From: Klebsormidium nitens
Taxonomy: Eukaryota; Plantae; Klebsormidiophyceae
Length of the DNA stretch: 64,000 bases
Direction: 5' to 3'
NCBI GenBank assembly: GCA_000708835.1
Contig: DF236952.1
Coordinates: forward strand, 372,001-436,000
Part shown: piece after piece, positions 36,557 to 47,300 of the stretch
Layout of the letters: every line of letters starts with the position of its first letter
Position numbering within the stretch: the first letter of the stretch is position 1
Program-made: the position numbers and the translations under genes
The notes under the pieces: generated by a model
The model's database searches: none
What the model saw: the letters and a program-made list of their open reading frames with translations, nothing else
What the model was told of the DNA's origin: nothing

Positions 36557-39500
36557 TTAGCAGCCGGTGCCACGGTTTGAAGACAGGACTCCGCAGTTGG
36601 GAAGGCAGAACCCTTTGGTCGCCGTGGGCGCGACACCCCCGCAGTTGGCGGCGCAGGAATAACGGACGGAACAGTCTGCGTTGCTGTTGCAGCCCTTACA
36701 GGCGGAGCATGTAACGCCCGGCGCGCAGAACGCACCGGGACCGTGGTCGCCATGGAAGTGTTGTTTCCAACGGGTGCCACACAAATGCATGGGCCCGTAG
36801 TCTGCATTACTGGGATTGGGAGGGTGTTGCAGTTGACGGCGGAGGCTCCTGAGCATGCACGGACTGCACACACGAGAGGGAGTGTCAAGCCCAGCAGTAA
36901 TAGGGGAACGTTCAGGACCGCAGCTTCTCAATTTAGATAATGTTGGCACTTGCTTTCGATTCAAGCGGAATCTGGTCAAGTAATTCGTCGTCAGGTTGTC
37001 CCTTCTCTTGCTTGAGGGACCAGATTGGCTACATACGTCAAGCGACTGGTAAGGATTAAGCTGGACTCACAGCAGTACAGTAGAATCAGGTAAGGAATAC
37101 TAGACGGTGGTACTTCTTGAATTGCCGTTGATGTTATCGAGTCAACAATTTAAGCGAGACGTTCACGCTTTCAGTGGACTGAGGCCATCATAAGCCGTAA
37201 TTCAAGCATGCCATTGGTAGCAGCCGGACAAGAAGGCGGAACGAGGTGGGAAAAACTATAAAACTTTACTCGACTTCTCGAGCATTCATAACCGGTCTTT
37301 TAGAACCGCTCGAAAACCCGCAACCATCAGCGGGAGTGCATCTACAGCTTCTTCCGAGCAACCTGCTAGTTTTAGTGAAATTATTAGTGTGAGTTAGTCA
37401 GTCTGTTCCTGAGCGAAATGAGTCTAATTTAGATGACACTTAAAAACTGGCAGGTTGGTCGGGAGAAGCTGTAAGGGAGTTATGTTGCAAACGAAACTCA
37501 CCAACCCTCCTGGAGAGGTAAACAGCCCCGGGTTTGGGATCCGGGGCGGCCACCGTGCTCCACAAGATGCAGCAGTTCGGGACGGCGTAGTGGGCGATTG
37601 CGAGGCATGCCGGAGTGCTATCGCAGCGCGCCACGCACGCGTTGAGATTCTCGGCTATTGCCGACGGAATGTCGGAAGCAGCCTGGCCAACTGGGGGGAA
37701 CGTACAGGCGGGCGACGTGGGGGCTCCGGGGACGGTGATTGGGAAGCCGAAATAATCCTACATCAACGCCAGACAGTCGTGTGTTGGCCGAGCTTACTTT
37801 TGAACACATGCGGTCGTTATTAGGTCACGATCAGCCGAAAGAAACAGGTGTTTAAGTCAAGACCCTAGCGAAGTGGATGAATATACACGCAAGCAAGATT
37901 GGAATATGCAGAAGAGACACTGGTAACTTGAATGTACATATGACTCAGATGAGTGCAGACCACTTCGCATGTAACTTACCAGGCCGAATTCAACGGAGTA
38001 CCCTAGATAGGCTGCATGTAAATGACAAGACTGGGTTCAGATTCAAGCCGTTCGGACGTAGTATCATAGAAGTCTAAGGGAACATTCAGATTGACGAAAT
38101 CCTGTGACGTAGCCTTTGCCGCAAAGGCTATGCAGATTTCGATCTATCATTGGTTGCCACGAAGTAAATGTGAAGACCATCAGAGAGCACTTGTGTCTGA
38201 AAGAAGCTATAATGTTCCGGAGCACTAAGCCTTCTTTTGTCAACAATCATTGTCAAGCTTTTGCATCTCTGGCCTATCACCGACGCATGCACCAACCGGT
38301 GGATGCATCGAACCTAGCCTTCAATTGATCATTAATCAATGTCGACAAGCGTCCTGATTGCGCATCTAAAGCTTACCCGTTTTGACGTACGAGTTGACGG
38401 TAACATCCGATTTCTGGTTCGCCGGCGGGAGCGCGAACTTCAAGAAGCAGCAGTTGGTAAAGGGGTAGTGGACGAAACCAGCGCACGAATCCACCGCGTT
38501 GCAGCGGATCTCACACGCTGCGGCGCTCTCGCTGACCCCAATGTCCCCGCAAAGAGGCGGGAAAAAAGTGGGACCCGCCAACGGCAGGGGTCTGAAGTCG
38601 TATCCGGGGTAGTCCTGATGAACAACACAGCAGCATCAGAAACTTTGTTGCAGAATGAAGGTATGGAATATTTTAGTTCCAGACCTCGAGGATTTTCGGG
38701 TGAGAGGAAGTGGCTGAGTTCTCAAGTCAACGGTATGTTGGGTTTTATTTTTGATACGGCTGAACTGAGGACGAGACAACGTCACAAGACGTGCCAAATT
38801 CTATGTCAAGTATAAGACTACTTCGTAATAACGAGCGTAACACGGAGATGCTCGGGGCATTTGCGACTGTAACGTGAGGCACTACTGATCGACTTGCGAA
38901 CCAAGTAGTCCCACGAGCGCTAGCTAGTCTCTTCCTGCATGTGCCAAGCTGTTTCGAAGAAGAAACGTCCGCCTCTTGGCAAAGAGAGCCGAGCCACCAA
39001 CCACGAAGGGACATTTCTTTGCTGATTCACTTGCGACGTTGCAGTTGCTGGAACGAGGAATCAAGCGTTCTTCTGAGATGATGTAACAGGACCGCGGCTA
39101 AGGGCAAGAGATTGACGAGAAGCCGAAGCTACATCGGCACTGAGTAAGAGAAAAAAATAAGGAAAAAAAAAAAGCAGAAAAAAAAGCAGAAAGCAGGTAC
39201 TTTCTAGCAATCGGAATACGTTGATTTTGACACACAGCAAGTGTAGTAGAGCAAAGATTGAGCCTGCCGCGTGACTCACCGTTGCGTTTTGGACGGTGTA
39301 CGTATAGCCTGGAAAAAACGGGAAAAAATCTTTGACGCGATACGCTCAGCTTAGTTGTCGGTCGCTCTGAAAGAGTCGTTGACCAGAGCCATTCTGCAAT
39401 ATCTTGGCCTTGCCTGCTTCAATGAAGATCTTCGGAGTCATGTACCGTTTCCTGACCGTACATTATTGACACTAAAACACAGGGATTTTTGGCCCGTAAT

Positions 39501-40993
39501 CATGGCTGGTTATGGGCTGGTTAGAAAGTGGTTATTTGTCCAATAACCAGACTTGGGCGGTAACCATCCTGAAAACAAGGCTACGGCCTGGTTATCCCAT
39601 AACCAAGAACCAGAATAGGTCCAATAACTTGCAGAATGGGTATGGTAAAAGCCTGGTTAGCAACCAAATCTCCTGTGAAATCGTGGATCGGGAGCTCACC
39701 TAACGGCGCCTTCACATAAGACGTGGTGTCCGCGCCAAGCCTCGGGAACAACAATCTGCTCTTGATAAAGCAGCAGTTGACTGGAGACCTGTGGACGAAA
39801 CCAACACAGACGGCCGTCGCGTTGCACCGTGCCTCGCAGGCGGTGGCGTTCTCGCCGTACGAGGAGCCGCCACAAGTGCCGGGGGGGCCGGGCGAGGGTT
39901 GGATGTCGTAAAAGGGGTAGTCCTGCACGTGACGGGAAGGTTTGGCTGCTAAACGGGTTCGATAACCAAACTTCAGTCTGGTTCTTTGACCAATAACCGC
40001 GTAGTAGCCACGCTTAGAACCTGGTTACTGCTCGAGTCTGGTCATTGGACAGTTAACCAGCTGCGAACCAGCCCGTAACCGAACGTGGTTAACAGCCAAA
40101 ACACCCTGCGCGCACGACAGATGAGAAATTGTCTGCCAATGTTGATCCTGAAGTAGGTGTCTCCTGACTGGACGACAAAGTCTGAACGGGGGGGTTAGAA
40201 GAAGCCCGCAAAGGACGACAGCTTAGATATGTGCAAGCCGTTGAGCCAGGTGGTTAGTCAGTCTCGTTTTGAACGTGAAGTGATCGGTTCCATTGTCGAT
40301 CCAAAAGCAGCCACCAGCTTCAGCACTGGTAGGGATAGCGGAGGGCTTCATGTCTCTCATCAATGAGAATTTAGTACACAACTTCGACGTGATCAGTGGC
40401 TGCTTTTCTGCAAAACCAAAAAATGCATCTAGAAGTCACTGGCTCATCTGCTCAAGGTTTCAAAACTCCAGGAGCAACGTTCGTGTCCGCAGCTCATGAT
40501 GACAAAATACAAGGGAAAAAGCAGGAAGTCAAACTTCCAATCCCTAACTGGGACATTCTCCTTTTGCAGACGTCGGCCAATGCCTCTTTCACGCTGGCAA
40601 CTCTTGAAGCCAATCAATGATTGTGATCAGCACTGAACAGATATCGAAAGCCCATGAATTCCCTCTCAGAAAGTAAGCGAGCAGATAGAGATAGAGTCAC
40701 CTTTCCCCTTTTGTCCGAGCTCCATGTGGGCACATACATGCTTCTCACACGATGACGAAGTCAGTCCCTATCTAACATTAAGAGCTTGCACTTCCAAAAC
40801 AAGCAACCACGTTAAAGAAGAGAGTTTTTGTAGGTGTTGCGGATATGCGTGATCAGTGACTTACCACAGCTACCTGGACGATGTAAGTGAACGGCGCCTG
40901 AGCAGCCGCCAGACCGAGCGTCGTCCCAACCAGGAGGAAGGCGAGGATCATCCCGGCAGCTGTCGAGGACGACCAACTAGTGACTGGCGCCAT
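36557..40993 (-). CDS. Secreted protein with three tandem PAN/apple domains; terminal exon uncertain
   Basis: Exons complement(40874..40993 signal peptide MAPVTSWSSSTAAGMILAFLLVGTTLGLAAAQ, 39700..39922, 39280..39308, 38377..38614, 37980..38002, 37502..37757), all in phase. Each large exon reads DYx(F/G)xx(I/F)...CxxRC(N/D)xxxxCxxxxH....NCCx(I/L)x, the PAN/apple cysteine pattern. The gene ends either at 37038..37045 (V-A-stop) or in a Cys-rich exon starting at 36863. Confidence 0.8.
39478..39677 (-). mobile_element. MITE-like element, copy 2 (inverted relative to copy 1)
   Basis: CACAGGGATTTTTGGCCC ... ACCAAATCTCCTGTG. Aligns by eye to the reverse complement of 15639..15829 (ttatgggctggttagaaa..g.tt.t.tgtccaataaccag.cttgg.cggtaacca). 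Confidence 0.7.
39932..40110 (+). mobile_element. MITE-like element, copy 3 (more diverged)
   Basis: Starts cgggaaggtttggctgctaa and ends aacagccaaaacaccctgcg. The internal ggtt/aacc-rich blocks (ggttctttgaccaataacc) resemble copy 1. Confidence 0.55.
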
Positions 40994-41316
40994 GATCGCG
41001 GCAAAGCGGGGGGCTTTGCGGTGGGTTTTCGAGAAGCGAGCTCGGAGCTTGACAGAGAAAGTGGAATGGTGAGATCGAAGGCTTCTGGATACTTTATACT
41101 AGGCCAGTGTAGTCTACTGGCATCAACCGTTTGTGTGACAGACTAGCTTACGGTCTGACTGGTTGTCAAGAGACGTATCAGAGGCTGTGTCTCATACTCA
41201 AATCACGAGGCAGGTTACGTCTTTGAAAGCCAGCCTTTCTGCCTGAGGTTGCAGCAGTGCCGGAACACTGAGCAGGCCGGCCAACCTAGACAGGTTGGCC
41301 GCACGTCCAACCTTCG

Positions 41317-41430
41317 AGGATAGCGCCGAGGATAGACTCCAAGTATAGCGCCGAGGATAAGACCCCAAGGATAGCGCCGAGGATAGACTCCAAGGATAGC
41401 GCCGAGGTTAGCGCTGAGATTAGCGCTGAG
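41317..41430 (+). repeat. Short-period tandem repeat (gaggatagcgcc / gaggatagactccaa units) preceded by a perfect 9-bp hairpin
   Basis: Alternating 10-16 nt units seen directly. ggccaacct-agac-aggttggcc at ~41279-41300. Confidence 0.8.
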
Positions 41431-44384
41431 GCACACTGCGTTGGCGGAAGGATTTATTTGCATCTTCCACTTCTTAACAAGTAGCCACGTGGCAAAGAGA
41501 ATCCGCACGAAGTTCAGTACGTGGTGCGGCATCCATGCAATATAAAGCACGCAAAGGCCCCCGCGGGCCTATGATGGACGCCGTGGTTCCATTCGGTCGC
41601 CGTGGTTCGTTATGAGCAGGGCTCTCAGCTGTTCGGCAAATTCGAGAGTGATCAGACAGCCACTCCCGCCGCGCTTCGCGCCAATGCTGCGACGGTAGCG
41701 GGCCGGAGAGGGCCGCCGGCCTCTGAGTTTTGACAACAATCTCGAGCCGATTGGCAAATCTGACCGGAGGAAGGCGGTTTGGGCTCCGGAAGAAAAGGCT
41801 CGGACAGAAACCATGGAACGGAGAAGGAGCCTCTGCAACTAGTACGGGCAGCGGGGGCGCGCTCTCTCTTGGATGAAAAATACGAATATCAAGCAATGGA
41901 AACTGCTCGAGGGGGGCATTCTCCCCCGACTTTCCAAAGCGCAGGCAACGGCATCGCGGCGGAGGTCCTTTCCCGGGGCGTTTTGGATCCCATCAACGAC
42001 GCCCAGGCGACCTCCGACGGACTCGTCTACGCATCGGCCAACAAAACGGCGACACGTCGCAGGTACTTTCCGCGTAGTCTTCCTCGCGCCATCCCCGCCC
42101 CCCCCGCGATCTGCGAGGCTGCTTTAGCGCAGCCACGTGGTGCTAAATTGGCTGCCGTTCACACGGCATGACACGCAGACTGGTCGACAGGGCTCGAAGC
42201 GATTGTGCGGGTCATGAAAAGACTCTTTCAGGCTACTACTCTTTCAGGTGAACGAAGCCATCTTTGAGTTTGGACCTGGACGAACGAGAGCGCCCAAAGG
42301 AACGGTTGGAACGTCCGACATGTACACTCGGAATTCCCTTTTCGGGAACAAGGATTAGACGCATGTTTGCAAAAACAATGCGCCCAATCCCCCAGAAGCA
42401 CTGACAAGCTCAGGCGGACCTCGAGCGGAACGTAAGGCTGACGGAGTTCGGCGGAAGCAAAAGTTGAACGGAAACAGTGGGTCGCTTTATTAAGGGCTTG
42501 ACGCGTGCCGCAGGGAGGCCGCAGGCAGCACGAGCCCGTTCAATTCTTCAGCCTCGGCCATGGCACCACTTCCGGCCCTTTTAGTCAGGAAGGAAGCTCT
42601 AGAACAGCAAAACGGAACGACAGTTTTGCCGGGAATGTCGCATAAAGGTGGCGACCAAGCGGGTGCTAGGCACCGGCTCTCGGTCGCTCGGGAATGCGCC
42701 ATGTGAAGAAGCTGGTCGCGCGTTCCGCGCGACGAAATCTAGGGGAAAGGAAAAGTGGGTACTGGAAGGAAGCTGATGGCCTTCCAGAGTTGGGTCAGAG
42801 AGTAATCATCCTTCTGCACTACTGCGCCGGAACCAAAGTCGACGACGAGCACGTTACAGTCGTTCGATAGAGCCGTTCAAAGGTAGCTGACGTCATTGCG
42901 GCCGAGTCCCTGTGCCGGGCGGGCGTCGAAATGACGTTTCCGAAAGGTCAAAAGAAGCTCGGGACGGGTATGTGTCTAAGCACGAAGACGGTGTGAATAA
43001 GCTCGCGTCCGAAGCACAAGCGGCGGTTTCTGACTGCAACGAGCGTTCCTCCTTGGGCAGGAGTACGCGGCCCGCGGTCGCGGCCGCTGACGCGCGAGCT
43101 GGCCTCCTAAACCTGCCACGTGCCCTCGCCTTGCACGTGCATCAGTATGACATCAGCCCGGCCGTGGGCGTGATGCATCTAGCAAAAGACCTGTGGGAAA
43201 AGGTGGAAAGAGATTGAACGGTTGGAAATACAAGCGAGGATCATCGAACGGTGGAGACGCGCTCGCTAACGTTTCAATGATCTTTTCGATCGCAGAGTGT
43301 CCAAAGAATCCAAGGCTGATGACCTGTCTTTGCTTCGAGGTGCAGGGCGGCGGCTCACTCCGGTGGTGGAGGCCCTGTTTCAAAACAGGTCGGCGACTGA
43401 CAGTTGGGTGCACGCCTTGCGTCCCCCTCGCGCGCCGCTCTTTTGGTGGAACACAAGTTGCATGACTAGTGTTATTGCATAGCTTTCAAAAAGACGAGCA
43501 CAATTCATTGTGATGCTGTGGGGCCGCTGACTCCAGTAATTGAGCCATGGTAATGTAAGCCGGTCTGTGCATCTTAATAGAGCGGCATGTAATCATTTTT
43601 TATGTAATAAGCAGTAGCCTATGCGCATCCCTCAACGATTTAGGACGTAAGAGATCCTTGTTCGCCCGAGCTGCATGAGAGCTTCCACGCCTTCAATCCA
43701 GCATATGCTTGATTTGTATCTCGTAGCATAATCTCACAGCTGAATGGATCCAGGCACGGCCGGAAGCACCACTACCTCATGCAAGGTCGTGAGTGAGCTC
43801 GTCATGAGCTCGAGTAACGACGAGCTCGTTTGTGCTGCGCATGGCTCATGCACATCCGGCTCTCGCAAAACGTACGGACGTGCACGAAAGTAATGTTGGA
43901 TCAAACTATCTGGCAACAACAGAACATTCATGACATCCCCTTGCCACAACTGCAATAATTCAATGTACACCATGGCATGGCATGCGGCTTGCATCCAAAT
44001 TTCAAGTATCATTCGTCCCCAGCCTAATACGAGCATCATGCCCGCATGCAGAGGTGCACATGCAACCTTTTGAAGTCTTTCATGCTTTGCATCGAAAATG
44101 CAATTTATATCGAGAACCCGCAAATTTAGATTTAGTAGGCAAAAGCTCATCTTAACAGATAAATTCGGGTGTTACCCAGCTCGCAGCGCAAAGACTTGCG
44201 GGCTGCTTCCTCCAATCAAGCTACTGTATTGGCCTCATTACCAAAAACACAAACTCATACCTCATGTCGCATATGTCTCCTACAGATTAACAATGTTTGG
44301 AGCACACTCATCAGATTGGTCTTCATGCTGAGCCGCAGCAGCCAACTGATTCAAACACAAGATTAGTCCCGTTACAGATCGTGT

Positions 44385-47300
44385 TTACCCTTGCGCGGCT
44401 CTATTTTCCTCGGCGTCCTCGTGATGGTCGGTGTGGAAATGGCGTTGGGACCAGTCCTCTAGGTAGTCCAAACTTTGCATCTCTGTCAGCCTGCAAGGCA
44501 AGGAAGCCATCATAAGAACAGTTACCAAATCATATGGGTCAAGATGTCCGGAATTGATTCCTCCGTTTGGTGTTGGAAAATCTCCAAAAACAACCCGGAT
44601 TCCCCTGGATTGTCGAGGCTGCGCAGAATTCAAGCACCATCTCGAAAGAGACACTTCTGCGAAAAAGCGGCTGGAGCGCAGGGAGCTACGCAAAGTTGTC
44701 TTCAATTTGAGCAGCCGACGAAAATGCTGGAACGCTGTGTTACAACGTTGGGCCCGCTTGGATAGATACGAAGAACCTGCACTGACTAATCGACTCGTTT
44801 CTGCAGTCAGTTCCTTGATCCTGCACCCAAACTGTTCTTCCCGATGAAACATCTCTTCCTTCATGCGCCGTCATATCGAACCAGCAGGGCAAAACTATAA
44901 TTACCCTTATACTGCTGAGGACTGCGCACCCTCCAGGTGGCGCTCACTTGGCCCTGCCCAAACCCAGAACGCCAAATCTGACAATGGAAAGTCCATTCAC
45001 CAGACCGGAAGTCATCCAGCACTACGAGCTCCAAGCAATGGTCGGATTGCAAAGCTCAGCACTCGTGACTCACCTGCTAATTATCCGGTCCTTGGCAAAC
45101 CCTAGCTCATTGTCCACGAGCACGTCCGCCCTCTCGTTGTCCCAGGTGCGCGAGCTTCTCTGCTGTGGTCGGTCGGCGTATGTGACCACCCGGTCAAACA
45201 GCTCGACCGGGGTGGCCTCCGCCGAGCAGAGCAGCCGGGTCTTGTGCTCGTACATTACCTGGACGGGGAACGTCACCTTCTTTGTTTGCAGGTTTGAAAA
45301 AGCCTGAGGAAGTATTAGCGTGTTTTTAATTTGCAGAGGCATGGGGAATAATTGTTGTGTGTGACTTCAGCTGTGCAAAGCTGCCCGGTCGTGTGCTCGT
45401 ACATCAACTGGCCGGGGAACATCAACCGGGTGTTTCTGCAGCTTAGAGAAAGCAGCATGAGCAAGCAGTGCCTTTTCGCCAGTTGCTGAGAAAAGTAGCA
45501 TGGGAGATCAGTGTCGCGTTTCTTAGTCTAATCAAGTATAGGCGACCGGAGTCGCCTCCGCTGAGCATAGCAGACGAATCCTATGCTCGCACATAACTTG
45601 GGGATCGTCGTCGTGTCATGAAAATCCCAAAAGCGCAGGAGATCACTGCCTTTGCTGGGTCTAGTATAGAAGGTCATGTTTGGTGCAGTTGCCCTTTGCG
45701 GCAGACGTTTGTCAATGATGGGACTCAAGCTCGTGCAGGGGAGGAGGAGCAAAAAGCTTTCAGCACTGGTAATGAAAATGGCACTCTGCCGGGACAAGAA
45801 GAAAGACGGGATGTCTGGCAAAAGATGCTGGAGACTGAGGGGAGTGCTCACGTCGACTAGCGTGGCGAAGCGGTAGGCGGCGCTGCGGTTGCTGGCTCCA
45901 AAAACAGGCACGTCGTCGATGGCGAGCGTGTGGAAGTAATCTGCCATTCGAGGAAATGCATTGTCAATGTTCCCCAGACTTTTCTTCACATCTGCGCAAG
46001 GTGATATCTTGGCTTAAGATGCTAGTCTTTGTTTCGGCTTTCCTTGGACGGGCTTGCGCATTCGCGCTCTGGGGACTTTCTACTGATTGGCCATTAGCTG
46101 CGGTTTGCATAAATTTCAGAGATTTCTCTGCGATCTTCCCAGAGGAATCTTTACCTATTTTGCCCAAAGCATGGACGAGCATGCAAAGTTGTCGTGAAGA
46201 GAGGCACCGAAAGTAACGAGTGACAAAGGCTGGTCTCCGTGACATTCAGCCGCTCTTAGACTCTACTGCTGCTTGGAAGAGACTTCGAAGAAGCGAACAG
46301 AATCCTCAAATACGCGTCTGCCATCAGCAGATCCTCATCCTTGGGAAAGGACGAGGCAGCTGACTTTAAAGCAACAACCCTGGCTTCAAAAGTAAGAGCA
46401 ACTGGAAGAACGAGTGCTGAAACGGAAAGAGGCAGCATCAAAGTCTGGAGCGGGAGAACCGTGAACAGGGAAATGATTCATAACGTGTGATGAGTGGACA
46501 AAGAGGTGACCAAGCATATCATCTGATTTGAGGGTGAACAATTCTTGATGCGTATTAGTGGCACGGATGAGCAGAAAAAGAAGGGGAGACAGAAATTGGA
46601 ATAGTGGAAACAAAGCTGGAACAAACAAGCGGAAAAGAGAGCCAGGCGGCACTCACTGCAGAGAGCGATGTAGTCGGCGGCTCCAAGCGGCATATCGCAC
46701 AACTCTGTGAACTCAAAGAAAGCGCGCGCGCCCGCTGCCTTGGTCGCCTCGATCCGCCGGCCCATTGCCACTTCCACGGTGGCCGGTTGCAACCGCGCAT
46801 TTTCGGTGATCAGGTTGAACTTGGCCTCCAGCATCTCCGAGGCGCCTTGGCCGTAGAAGAAGAGGCCTAATTGGGCCTGAAAATTACAAGGGGCAGGTGA
46901 GTTAGTAATCTTGACCACCGAAGGCAGAAGCTTCAAAATACTGCTACGGTGGCCGGTTGCAACCGCGCGTTCTCCGTGATGAGGTTGAACTTGGCCTCCA
47001 GCATCTCCGAAGCCCCTTGGCCGTAGAAGAAGAGGCCTGATTGGGCCTGCGTAACCGAACATAAGGAGGAATTCAGAGTCATCTTAGCATCGTGCATTAA
47101 GAAAGCTACATTCGTCTGCCATAGACGTTTGTAATTGGTTTGAATTCGGCTTCTAGCATCTCGGAGGCGCCTTGGCCGTAGAAGAAAAGGCCTAATTGGG
47201 CCTGCGAGAATACAAGCAGCGCGCAACTGGTAATTTTAAACGTTGAAGTCCAATCTCCGCGAAAGCTAACTCTTCGCTCCACAAACTCCAACATTCTGTT

